Shown: piece after piece, positions 40,130-50,153 of the stretch
Numbering within the stretch: position 1 is the stretch's first letter
Layout: each line of letters starts with the position of its first letter
IMG/VR virus record: IMGVR_UViG_3300035181_002522
Span: 100,332-164,331 of that record
Source: a virus
Length of the DNA stretch: 64,000 bases
Reading direction: 5' to 3' (one strand)
Notes under the pieces: model-generated
The model's input: the letters and a program-made list of their open reading frames with translations, nothing else
The model's database searches: none
Told to the model about the DNA's origin: nothing
Made by a program: the position numbers and the translations under genes

Positions 40130-40492
40130 ATGAGATTTTACTTTTTTGTTAATGGGTATCAGACACCCTCTGAGAACCTTCACGCAGTAGCCAATATGAT
40201 TCAATATGCTGAGAGTTCAAATGTCCCAGAAGTGACCTCGTGGGCAAAATGGTTTAAAACTATACGAATTTACGATGGTGGTAGCCCAGCTATCTTAACT
40301 AAGCTGTATTCTACAGTTGAAAAGCTGAATGTTGGAATTATCAAAACTAAATTCTGTGATACTGGTGGTGTGATTCAGGCTTTTGGGATATTGCTATCAA
40401 AAAATGAATATGACATATCATTACAACCAACTGGGGACTTGATAACCCTTCATAAAATTTTGAATACTTTTGAATCTTTTTTGGACCAATGA
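40130..40492 (+). CDS. Possible PTH2-fold (peptidyl-tRNA hydrolase-like) phage protein, degenerate
   Basis: MRFYFFVN.Y...HA...WA...KTI...GG pattern. Confidence 0.45.
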   Translation: MRFYFFVNGYQTPSENLHAVANMIQYAESSNVPEVTSWAKWFKTIRIYDGGSPAILTKLYSTVEKLNVGIIKTKFCDTGGVIQAFGILLSKNEYDISLQPTGDLITLHKILNTFESFLDQ

Positions 40493-40829
40493 ACTACTAT
40501 GAAAACTGACAGACTAAGGGTCTTGTCTCTGTCTCTGCGCATTTCTCTCAGTTTTTCTAAAACGTAGCGTTTTTGAAAATCACTTCTATGCAATTTTAAA
40601 ATTCAGCAAATAGGTTCATTTATAATTTCAATTAAAATTGCACAGAAGTGACCTGCGTCATTCAGATGAACTGAATTTCTTTTTTCTATTTTAACTTGTC
40701 TCTGCGCATTTCTCTCAGCTTTTTAAAAACGTAGTGTTTTTTGTATCAATGAACTACTACGAAAACTGACAGACTAAGGGTCTTGTCTGCGTCTCGCAAT
40801 ATTTTTTCTCGTCTTTTTGAAAACGTAGC
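40487..40829. repeat. Non-coding repeat cluster: 42-bp direct repeat x2, ~45-bp repeat x3, 20-bp inverted repeat
   Basis: 40487-40528 matches 40747-40788 with one mismatch; 40530, 40697 and 40790 units similar; IR 40580-40599/40632-40651. Confidence 0.9.
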
Positions 40830-40835
40830 ACTCAT

Positions 40836-40864
40836 AAAAAAGGAGGCAATTAAGCCTCCTTTTT
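40836..40864. terminator. Bidirectional terminator downstream of the sheath gene
   Basis: AAAAAGGAGGC-AATTAA-GCCTCCTTTTT. Confidence 0.8.
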
Positions 40865-40879
40865 CTTTTTGACTAATAT

Positions 40880-42775
40880 TTAATTAGTTCCCATCTTTGC
40901 ACCAGTGCTTAAAACTCTTATTGCGATATACATAAACTCAACTGCTTTTACAGGTTTCAATGCGACATCTAACCACATTTCATTTCTATCAATTCGAGTT
41001 GGAGTGTTATTTGAGCTGTCGCAAAGAGTTACGAAGTCATACAATCCACGACGAAGCATGATATCTCCTAAGAAACCATCGGCCATCGATTTCAAATCGT
41101 CACGAGTGATTTGATCGTTTGGTTCAAAAATAAATGGGAAAGAAGCTTTACGTAAAGACCTACGAATGTAGCAAAGCAAACGTTCTACATTAATACGATC
41201 ACGAGCTGAAGCAGCCGGTGAAGCGGTTTTTTGTCCCCAAATGATTAAACCACGACCTGGGAAATAAACAATCGGGTTAATGTTTTTGTAGAACTCATAC
41301 AAATTATCACGTTGAGGTTGACTCAAATTAACTAACTTATAGGTTGTTGGCAAACCTAACGTGCCAGTCACATAACCAACAGATGAAACACCAGTAACAA
41401 CCCCACGACGAGCACCTGCAGGTGCTTTCCAAAGTTCACCAGCATTATCAGAATAAGCATAGGTTCTCAATGCAATACCTGAAGGTGCAACCAAAACATC
41501 TTTACCGTCAAGGTTAGATGCTAAACCCCATGGATAATAGTAAGCTACATCAACATGACTAAAATGTTCATTTGAGGTTGCCCAATTTGCCGCCTGTTCA
41601 GGACTCTTGGTAGCTGGAACATCCCCGATAACAAAAGCTTCATTACCAATACCATCAGAAAGAGCTAACATCTCATCGACAACTTCATGGTAGCCAGGAG
41701 CCAAAATCAAATTGTATTCATAAGCTTCTGAACGAACATCTTGGTTGCTATTAATCGAAGCTTGAAGAGCTGTCACGATTGCAGAGCGTTTTTGAGCATC
41801 ATTTGCTCCAAGAGCATTAAAGTTTTGAATTTGAACTAAGCTAAAGTCAAACTCATCACCAGCGACAAATGCTGTAGTTCCAGCAGTAATCAAAAATGAA
41901 ACTTTACCAGATACTTCATTAAACTGAGTTCCTACTGTACCAACTTGAGGTGGAGTAGTGACAGCAGCAGTGATTGGATTCGTGCCTGTGACCGTGAAAC
42001 TAGTAGCTGAAGTGAATACAACAGTGAAGTCTTCTTGAATTGCGGTTGTGCCAGGAACTAAATCAATTAGTGTACCATTACCAGTTCCGGTAAATGAAGT
42101 TGGAACATATGCAGTTGCAAATTCAAAATAATCACCAGCTGAAAATTCAATTGAACCTTCAGTGATAGTTAAATGAATTGCATTATTAACAAATGCAGTA
42201 CCAGCTTTTGCTACGCCAACTAATCCAGATTTTGTACCGGTGATAGTAAAGGAGTTTACAGTTTCATTAGTTAATTTACCAATACAAACGACCGTAAATG
42301 CTTCTGGTTCTTTTAATTGAGATGGAACACTTATTGATGTTAATGTTCCATTACCAATACCAACATACTGATATGATGTACTATCATATTGCGGAATGCT
42401 AGCTGAATAGAAAGTTACTGGAGCATCAGTCAAATCAATATTCGCACGAACAACAAACGCACGATTACCAATTCCCAAAAATTGATTAAGAGCAAACAAA
42501 CCAGTCTCATTTCGACAATCGCCGTATTGTTGAGCGCCTGAGCCATCTTCCCAGAAATATGGGACACCATAAGTTTGAACTGATTGGCCAATAGAAGTAA
42601 TGGTACGAACAACTGAATGCTCATTTGTACCATCAGCTATGCTTACTCCATCAGGTTGAAACTTATGCGCACGGGTCGCAATAAAAAATAACGGAACGGT
42701 AGGTGCTGATGCCGGAATATAAAAAGATTCGTCAGTAACCGTTACGCTAACACCAGGTGAAACTAATGTTCCCAT
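40880..42775 (-). CDS. Tail sheath protein (T4 gp18-like)
   Basis: LVSPGVSVTVTDES; WKAPAG.RRG; INPI...IWGQKT; RINVERL; FEPND. Confidence 0.95.
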   Translation of the reverse strand: MGTLVSPGVSVTVTDESFYIPASAPTVPLFFIATRAHKFQPDGVSIADGTNEHSVVRTITSIGQSVQTYGVPYFWEDGSGAQQYGDCRNETGLFALNQFLGIGNRAFVVRANIDLTDAPVTFYSASIPQYDSTSYQYVGIGNGTLTSISVPSQLKEPEAFTVVCIGKLTNETVNSFTITGTKSGLVGVAKAGTAFVNNAIHLTITEGSIEFSAGDYFEFATAYVPTSFTGTGNGTLIDLVPGTTAIQEDFTVVFTSATSFTVTGTNPITAAVTTPPQVGTVGTQFNEVSGKVSFLITAGTTAFVAGDEFDFSLVQIQNFNALGANDAQKRSAIVTALQASINSNQDVRSEAYEYNLILAPGYHEVVDEMLALSDGIGNEAFVIGDVPATKSPEQAANWATSNEHFSHVDVAYYYPWGLASNLDGKDVLVAPSGIALRTYAYSDNAGELWKAPAGARRGVVTGVSSVGYVTGTLGLPTTYKLVNLSQPQRDNLYEFYKNINPIVYFPGRGLIIWGQKTASPAASARDRINVERLLCYIRRSLRKASFPFIFEPNDQITRDDLKSMADGFLGDIMLRRGLYDFVTLCDSSNNTPTRIDRNEMWLDVALKPVKAVEFMYIAIRVLSTGAKMGTN

Positions 42776-42930
42776 GGGAACCTCCTTTACGCAAATTAAA
42801 TAACAAGTTATCGTTACTGATATTTATGAGGCAAGGCGGTTTTCAGAACCATTTCTATCACACTTTCCCTTAAGAAGCATTCAAAATAAATACACATTAG
42901 TGCATTAGATTACCCACAAAAAGGATAAAA

Positions 42931-43767
42931 ATGAAATTAGAAGATTTATTAGAAGCTCCAATAAAAAAGAGCTCTCAAAAGAATAGTTCAGTGAAAACTG
43001 AGGTTCAATCCTATATGTTTCAGACTAAAGAAGAGATTGAAGCATGGATGAAACAGCATTATATTAAGGGAATGGTTAGCAGAGAGTTAACCATCCATGT
43101 GACAGATACGCGGGTAACAATCTCTAGATTTGGAGTTAAAAAAGAAGACATTTTAATTCAGCATAATGGTAAGTGGGTTTTACCTGTTCAATTCTATATA
43201 GTGAGTAAATTTGACATTAGTGGTTTAAGTGTTGGTAGCTTTATTGGTTTTCCATATGTTATCAGCGAGGAATTAAAGATAGCCGATAGTGTAATCTCTG
43301 ATTTTACTGGCGTCCCAAAGGTCTGCCCAAAGATTGATGGTGATTCTCTAGAAAGAATGACTAGCTTTAGCGGATTAGAAGAAACTAATTGCAAATCACT
43401 TTACTGGAACTGCAAATCTGGAATAGACAATCTGCAAGGTTTACCTGAAACCCTACAAGAACTTTACCTAGGCATCAATAATTCTACAGTTGACATTGCT
43501 GAAATATTAGCTCAATGCCCAAAGCTCTATCAACTTAAAATTGCCGCTATGGAAGGTTCAAAGATTAAAAATGGACTTTCTTCAATCTTCAAGCACGAGC
43601 CTTTTAAAAATCCAAACACTGATATTTGGTTGAGGTCTGACCATTATACAAATGCTCAAAATAAAGAAGCAAATGAAATAATTAATGGTCATCTCCATGG
43701 CGATCACAATATGTCAAAATGTCAAACTGACTTATTTAAAGCGGGCTTTAAAGAACTTTGCCGTTAA
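42931..43767 (+). CDS. LRR-like array paralogue 1
   Basis: Degenerate LRRs; C-terminus CQTDLFKAGFKELCR; TAAATA upstream. Confidence 0.85.
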   Translation: MKLEDLLEAPIKKSSQKNSSVKTEVQSYMFQTKEEIEAWMKQHYIKGMVSRELTIHVTDTRVTISRFGVKKEDILIQHNGKWVLPVQFYIVSKFDISGLSVGSFIGFPYVISEELKIADSVISDFTGVPKVCPKIDGDSLERMTSFSGLEETNCKSLYWNCKSGIDNLQGLPETLQELYLGINNSTVDIAEILAQCPKLYQLKIAAMEGSKIKNGLSSIFKHEPFKNPNTDIWLRSDHYTNAQNKEANEIINGHLHGDHNMSKCQTDLFKAGFKELCR

Positions 43768-44513
43768 CCATTTACTGTTGTAGTACTATACACATCGGTG
43801 AATGGTGATAATGTTCCATCAGCTCCAACTTCATATGTTCCAAAATTGTCTAAACTACCAAGTCGAATATTGATTTGTTCGACGTAGTTCTTTTTTAGGT
43901 CCATTGGTGGAGTTAGATAAATTGGCATTACAAAATTTAATGACCAAACTAGAATTCTTTTATCCTGGCCAATCGGATAATTTTCTTCATTGTTGATTCC
44001 AGTTAGTTCAATATGAGTAATTTTAGTCCAATCAAATGGCGCATCAGATATTTGAATTTGAAGTACTGGGTCAAAGATTAACAATATCTGTTCTAATATC
44101 TGGTGTAGTTGGTCAGTGTTGCTTGCATAAATTGAAAGTTCAAAATTGGCATTATACGGAATTGGCATAATACGATATACGACTGACAAATCATCAGGAA
44201 ATACCCCATTGGTTGGAAAGTATGTTTTGCGATCAATAACTCCAATACCTTTTCTTCTTTCTGGCGCAAGTTCAATTCCTTGCAAATTTGCTGACATTGA
44301 TGGAAGAGCAATTGGTGAATTTTGAGTATTTCCTTGAATAAGAGCTGAAACAACTCTATCTCTATTACCAACTAAACATGGCACTGGCTGAGCGATTATA
44401 TTTCCATCTTCTCCTTTGCCAGTTCTAACTTGCATACCCGCAAATACAGAAACAAACTGCAAAATATAAGCTCTGAGCTGGCGGTCATAAAAATATTCTC
44501 CTGTAAATGCCAT
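43764..44513 (-). CDS. Tail sheath stabiliser / terminator (T4 gp15-like)
   Basis: YFYDRQLR...MPIPYNANFEL...QILEQILLIFDP. Confidence 0.85.
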   Translation of the reverse strand: MAFTGEYFYDRQLRAYILQFVSVFAGMQVRTGKGEDGNIIAQPVPCLVGNRDRVVSALIQGNTQNSPIALPSMSANLQGIELAPERRKGIGVIDRKTYFPTNGVFPDDLSVVYRIMPIPYNANFELSIYASNTDQLHQILEQILLIFDPVLQIQISDAPFDWTKITHIELTGINNEENYPIGQDKRILVWSLNFVMPIYLTPPMDLKKNYVEQINIRLGSLDNFGTYEVGADGTLSPFTDVYSTTTVNG

Positions 44514-44562
44514 ATTTCGATTTTCCTTTACAAATAATTGGAAATTATTAGAAAAAAGACTA

Positions 44563-46341
44563 TCATAAGTCCGATTTCAATGATTTACTTGTTAAACTTT
44601 GAAGTGCGTTTCTTAATGAAGGTTTCAAAGAACTATATTGTTGACGACGATCACTTTCAATGTAAATCCATTTACCTTTCAGCAAGCTAAATTTATATAA
44701 TCGTGGTGCAATTTTTGTAGAATCTGGATAATACAGCCTGAAATAATCACCATCATTTGCCGTTAACGCATCTGGTAATTTATATCCTTCTCCATAAGGT
44801 AATCCATTCGGCGGCATACCATCTTCAACATAGGCTTGCCCAATAAAATTGTTTCCAACTGCTGGCGCCTGTGGAACTTCTTGCGCTATCTCACTTACAT
44901 CACTCCCAGTTTCAGTTACTGCATCTTGAGCTTCAACTTTATTTTTCTCAGTTATAGTGATTGGGCTAGTTGGAACCTGGTTATTAAACTTGCTAAAGAA
45001 ATCACCATCTGAAACCGTCTGAAGCTCTTCTACTGGAGTTTTAATGATGTCTCTTGTTTCAGTCGATGGAATAAGTTGTGAACCTTGGAATCTATATAGC
45101 GTAGGCGTCCACTGTGGAGTAAAACCTTCAGCTGACCAACCACAATCGATAACTTCAACAAATTTTTTCACTGGTAATAAATTTCTGTCATACATCATTT
45201 CCGGAGTTACCTCTAAGATATCTCCAACTACAATAGGTCTTCCAAGAAGTTCAACCATTCGCGCAAATGAACAAGTAAAAACATACTGATCCATAACTGA
45301 AAAACCAAACTTACCAGCATCACCAATTGAATCAAATGGCTGATATGAACATTTCAAGGTGATAGAACTCGATGCATAATCTCTATCTCTATTTTCTAAA
45401 AATAAAGTATCCTGAATATTGTCTAAACTCGTTGCTTCATAATCCATTAATTCAAGTTTGACTACTTCCCATGGTTCATTTGCGGCAACACCATTAAACA
45501 AAATTGGAATTATACGCCAATATGCGGCCGGCGCCGAAGGTGTAACTGAAACTGTCTCTAAATTACCAGTATCTGGTAAATTAACAACAGCCGACCTTTT
45601 CCAAATTAAAGAAGTGCTTATTGTAAAGGTATCGCCAACTGAAAATGAAATTGAGCCAGTATCAATTGAGAATTTCATATCTTCATCTGCAAAAGCTTGG
45701 CCGACCGTCAAATTAGGACGTGGCCCAAGGCGTTCGTTTAAGACGGCGAATGAAGTAGCAGATACAGCAATCAAATGAATTGTTGTCTCATGTGGGTCGT
45801 AGCCAGGCTGTAAATTAATAATTTTCCCATTCCCACTACCAACAAATATTGGTTCATTAGCAATCAATTCACCAGAAGCTCTTTCGATTCGTGCTTGAAT
45901 TGCTCTTCGCAATGGATTTGCCGATTGTTGAATCTTTATGGTGGTTATATGTTTTGAAACATACTCTTGTTTACCATACTTATTTGTTCCAAATGAAGTT
46001 TTTTTATAGCCAAAGTTATAGCCAAGATATGAACCATTGACTACAGCGACTCCAAGCTGAACTGAAATCCAACTTGACGGAGATATATCAAAGGCATTAG
46101 TCGCATCAGAGCCAGCTCCAGCTCCACTGTGATAAGGAGTTCCATTACCAGTAAGGTCAGTTAAAAGTCCTTGTTCATGAACGCCAAGTAGTTTAAATAC
46201 GTTGATTTTTGCTCCACTGATTTCAATACTTTCCGCGATATAATTTTGAATCGTTGTTGAATCAGCGTTTTCAGTGCACTCATTTTGAATGGTCCAATCG
46301 CCAATGCAAACTTGTGGTGCTGTATATTTTAAATCAGCCAT
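44563..46341 (-). CDS. Neck / head-closure protein (T4 gp14-like) with inserted domains
   Basis: NIQDTLFLENRDRDY, KFG, GRPIVVGDILE motifs; position next to gp15-like gene. Confidence 0.75.
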   Translation of the reverse strand: MADLKYTAPQVCIGDWTIQNECTENADSTTIQNYIAESIEISGAKINVFKLLGVHEQGLLTDLTGNGTPYHSGAGAGSDATNAFDISPSSWISVQLGVAVVNGSYLGYNFGYKKTSFGTNKYGKQEYVSKHITTIKIQQSANPLRRAIQARIERASGELIANEPIFVGSGNGKIINLQPGYDPHETTIHLIAVSATSFAVLNERLGPRPNLTVGQAFADEDMKFSIDTGSISFSVGDTFTISTSLIWKRSAVVNLPDTGNLETVSVTPSAPAAYWRIIPILFNGVAANEPWEVVKLELMDYEATSLDNIQDTLFLENRDRDYASSSITLKCSYQPFDSIGDAGKFGFSVMDQYVFTCSFARMVELLGRPIVVGDILEVTPEMMYDRNLLPVKKFVEVIDCGWSAEGFTPQWTPTLYRFQGSQLIPSTETRDIIKTPVEELQTVSDGDFFSKFNNQVPTSPITITEKNKVEAQDAVTETGSDVSEIAQEVPQAPAVGNNFIGQAYVEDGMPPNGLPYGEGYKLPDALTANDGDYFRLYYPDSTKIAPRLYKFSLLKGKWIYIESDRRQQYSSLKPSLRNALQSLTSKSLKSDL

Positions 46342-46343
46342 TA

Positions 46344-47002
46344 TTAATTCTCATTGTTAATTTCATAAAAACATTTCCAATTTTTATGATGGTTGCGTTT
46401 GCCGTTAGCTACGGCACACATTGCACTTGTATTTAATTTTTCTTTTTTACAAAAATCAGAAATACCTTTTATAATAAATTCAGCACCATTTAGATCAATA
46501 ATTTTATAAGTTTTTTGAAGACTTTGTTTATGTTTTAATCTATTGTCCGGAGAATTAAATTTAGAATTTGGATCATTCCAGTAACTTTTTATCATATTTT
46601 TCCAATTTTCTTGGTATTCACTAGAATTATAAATTGATTGATCATTTTCCCAATGAAGTTTCATTGCCTCTGACAATTTGGCTTTTACATCTAAGGTCAT
46701 GCTTTCTTGAATAGTCTTTTTTAACTTTGTTCTATACTCTTCGGAATTATAAGCATGATCTTTATTTTCTCGATGTTTTTGTTTATATTCAGCAGATTGA
46801 TATTTGGTATTTTAAAGTGATGTTGTGTCCAAGCTCTTTTGCCATGACCTTTACCAATATAGTAAGGAGTTCCAGCTTTTGCTGTATTACTATCGTTTTG
46901 GCGAACATACGCATAAATATAAAAAATAGGCTGTCCATTATCGTGCTTTTGATTCTTAAAGCAAAGACCAAGAGCTTGATAAATACTTGATGACGCCGTC
47001 AT
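46344..47002 (-). pseudogene. Disrupted GIY-YIG homing endonuclease
   Basis: FYIYAYVR...PYYIGKG in one frame; NUMOD1-like tail (FCKKEKLNTSAM...HKNWKC) in another. Confidence 0.7.
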
Positions 47003-47054
47003 TATTATCACTTTGAAAATATAATAATGATATTTATTGATTACCTGTAAGGAA

Positions 47055-47768
47055 ATGAAATTGTATGAGGTGCTTGACCAGTCCCATGATGTTAATAGGT
47101 GATTAGCACGATATGAAAGAAAAATACATAATTTAACATCTGAAACTTTTGAGCCAGGAGTATTCAATGTCAATGAAGTCTCATTTACTAACATTGCAGT
47201 ATTCAAAAAACCAATTCCAGTTCATTTTCGTACTGTTAAAATTTATTCAGTTCGTGAATGTCCAAACGTTACTAGTCTAACCCAACTGAATGTAGAAAAA
47301 ACAGATTCATTAAGTGTGCAAAATTCTGGCATTACTGATTGTGAAGGTTGTCCGGAAGCTAATATCTTAAGTTTAGATTATAATTTTAAGTTAAATTCTC
47401 TAAAAGGAATAACTCCAACTGTGACAACTTTGAATTTATTGAACTGTACTGCATTACATACGATCGACGCCGATTTGCCAAATTGTACAACTCTTAGGCT
47501 ATCTTTTTCTGGTATTGAAACGCTTTCAGGAATTCATAAACATTGTCCTAAGCTTGAATCAATCAATTTAACTTGGTATGATAATCTTAAAGCTGGATTG
47601 CTTGGATTACTAAGAATTCCAAGTTTAAAATTAGTTGAAGCAAGTACTGGCCCTGATGAGCTACTTATTGCAGTTGGACTTATCAATAAACACTTAAAAG
47701 ATAAAAATATTGGTGCGTGTCAAACAGATTTATTTAAAAGCGGATTAAAAGAATATGCTAAGCTTTAA
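47055..47768 (+). pseudogene. LRR array paralogue 2 with in-frame TGA at codon 16
   Basis: AAGGA RBS, ATG 47055, TGA 47100-47102, then open frame aligning with paralogue 3; C-terminus CQTDLFKSGLKEYAKL. Confidence 0.75.
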
Positions 47769-48516
47769 AGAGTATTTAAAAGAGGCAGAATTGACAAGAG
47801 ATGAAGTCTTACAATGGGCTCATGAAAATGATAATAAATTTCCACAGTCTATTATTACTGACGTTAATGTTGGGAAGGAACCACCTTTTTTAATTAGTGT
47901 TCACACAGTAAATTTTAATAATTTAAAAATATTCAAAAAGCCATTACCAGTTCAATTTGGTTACATTAAATTCTATTTGGCTAATGAGTGCGAATATCTA
48001 ACTGATTTAAGTCAATTGAGAGTACAAACGGCTGATTCACTTCAAATAAATGGAACTGCCATAACATCATTCAAAAATTGCCCAGAGATATTTGCCTTAA
48101 GAGCTCAAAAACTAAGAAAATTAACTACATTAGAAGGTATTTCTAAAGAAGTTAATAAAGTTGAATTAATTGGCGCTGAAAACTTAACATCAATTGATGA
48201 TGAAATGCCAAATGTAACAAGCTTTTTAGCTCCAGTCTGTGGGATTACTTCGCTAAAAGACATTCATAAGTATTTGCCAAAATTAGAAGTATTACAAATA
48301 AATTCTAATCCAATTGTTGCATCTATTTTGGGGTTATTGAAATTACAAAATCTACGAATGATGATATTTGAAAATTCTCCCAATTCACCAGCACCAAATG
48401 ATTTTATTGCGGCAATGAGAATAGTTAATGAATTTGTTATGGCTAAAAATTACAATATCTCAGAATGTCAAACCCGCTTGTTTAAGGCAGGTTTGAAAGA
48501 CTTTGCAAAACTTTAA
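47755..48516 (+). CDS. LRR array paralogue 3
   Basis: MLSFKEYLKE start; LRRs; C-terminus CQTRLFKAGLKDFAKL. Confidence 0.88.
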   Translation: MLSFKEYLKEAELTRDEVLQWAHENDNKFPQSIITDVNVGKEPPFLISVHTVNFNNLKIFKKPLPVQFGYIKFYLANECEYLTDLSQLRVQTADSLQINGTAITSFKNCPEIFALRAQKLRKLTTLEGISKEVNKVELIGAENLTSIDDEMPNVTSFLAPVCGITSLKDIHKYLPKLEVLQINSNPIVASILGLLKLQNLRMMIFENSPNSPAPNDFIAAMRIVNEFVMAKNYNISECQTRLFKAGLKDFAKL

Positions 48517-50060
48517 CCCATTAAGAAACACACATTACCTACTGGGTTTAGGTTACCTGCCTCAAAATCATTAATTTGTCGTTGCAGTTCAGTAAACATT
48601 GTTTCGGCCTTAGTAATGAGCATATCGCCATTTAGAGCTAAACCACCATTTGCGCCAGGCAAGTTAGCGTATTTGCTTCTTATCATACCCGTCATCTCTA
48701 AGCATTTTGCAAATGCCCAATCCCTTATCCATGGCTCACACCATCTATCAGTAAGCAACTCTTGTTCAGTTCGCTCCATATAGCACTCTAAAACTACACG
48801 TTCATCTTTATACAACTTTCTTAACATCTTTAATTCTCGTTTTGCTTCATCCCATTCAAATACCAATGTGCCAGCAAAGATTTTTTCAAACTCTTCAGCC
48901 ATTGAGTTAGCTAAATGAATTGACAAAATATCAATCATTGAGCCATAAAAGAATTGATTATAGAATATTTGAGCATATACTCCATTATCACCACCAAGTA
49001 CATTCATACCAATCGTACTAACACGATGAATCTTTTGAATGTCGACAATCTTATCAGTTCCAGACACTGGGTCATTAAGAAAGTAAGTCGACTGACCTGC
49101 TTTTAAAGTAAACAAAATATGACGACGATTATAAGCGCTATCTGAACGCCTTCTAAATTCGGCTAAAGCAATATTAATTGCAGTTTCAAAATTTTCTTCT
49201 TTTAACTCTGTACAAACCGCAGGATAGCCAAGTTGCGCCTTAATTGAATTTACTAGCTTGGCCCTAGAATCTAAATCACCAGTTGTTCCAACACCAATTT
49301 TTTCATAGGTTGGTGTTCCAACTTCTTCAGTATTTGCCGTCTTCCATTGAGTTCCAGTCCAAATATATAGAATATGAATATCAGTTCGATAGAAAAAATC
49401 ACCTGGATTTGGAGTTGTTGGGAATACTTTACCAGAGATTATTGTGTTGCCTGCCGCTCCATCTAATGTAGCTGAACTTGAAACATTTTGAGTAGCATTT
49501 GCTGGAATCCAAATTGCTCCATTCCACATTTGAATTGAATTTGTGGTTGGATTATAATAAACATAACCAACAGCTGGATTAGTCGGAGGAGTTGAATTTC
49601 TTGGAATATTGCCTGTATACCCTTGAACTTCAACGGATAATGGTGCTGCTTCTAAAGCATATGATTTGCAACCATATTGATAATACTGCAGTACGTTAGA
49701 GCAAGGATGTAAACTAGCATAATAAATTAGGTTTGGGTCGGCACCTGTCACTAAAACTGAGGTTGCGGTTAATGAATCTCCGAACGCCCCATATACTGCA
49801 TTGACAACCTGGGCTCCTCCAATAGTATCAGCTGGAGCTGTTAAATCGGTAGAAGCAGTATAACGAACTGAATCGACCGGTTGATGGTCAGCGGTAAGTT
49901 GCTTGGCTGCTACGACAATAACATGCCCATTATATGCCGCTGGAGTCGCTGGTAAATTCCAAGTTAGGGTAAATGAAGTTGGACTTGTTCTAACAAGCGA
50001 AAGTTGAATTGTTTGTGCTTCAGCCCAAAGGTTGGCCGTAGTGATTGGTAAATCGGTCAT
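48513..50060 (-). CDS. Neck protein (T4 gp13-like) with N-terminal extension
   Basis: IKAQLGYPAVCTEL...WIRDWAFAKC...GMIRSKY..LPGANGGLALNG. Confidence 0.85.
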   Translation of the reverse strand: MTDLPITTANLWAEAQTIQLSLVRTSPTSFTLTWNLPATPAAYNGHVIVVAAKQLTADHQPVDSVRYTASTDLTAPADTIGGAQVVNAVYGAFGDSLTATSVLVTGADPNLIYYASLHPCSNVLQYYQYGCKSYALEAAPLSVEVQGYTGNIPRNSTPPTNPAVGYVYYNPTTNSIQMWNGAIWIPANATQNVSSSATLDGAAGNTIISGKVFPTTPNPGDFFYRTDIHILYIWTGTQWKTANTEEVGTPTYEKIGVGTTGDLDSRAKLVNSIKAQLGYPAVCTELKEENFETAINIALAEFRRRSDSAYNRRHILFTLKAGQSTYFLNDPVSGTDKIVDIQKIHRVSTIGMNVLGGDNGVYAQIFYNQFFYGSMIDILSIHLANSMAEEFEKIFAGTLVFEWDEAKRELKMLRKLYKDERVVLECYMERTEQELLTDRWCEPWIRDWAFAKCLEMTGMIRSKYANLPGANGGLALNGDMLITKAETMFTELQRQINDFEAGNLNPVGNVCFLMG

Positions 50061-50153
50061 AATATAACCCTTAAAACATTAATTAATAGAGTTATTTATG
50101 AGGCCAAAATAAATAACTGTAGTTAACTCACACGCAGTATAGGACTCCTAACA

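Noticed and set aside
40487-40829. IscB omegaRNA/HEARO remnant (GACAGACTAAG, AACGTAG)
   Set aside because: The two motifs are in inconsistent orientations and no IscB/TnpB gene is nearby
47100-47102. Genome-wide TGA or TAG recoding
   Set aside because: TGA and TAG end genes right after conserved C-termini (61710, 63518, 53450), and long structural genes are open in code 11
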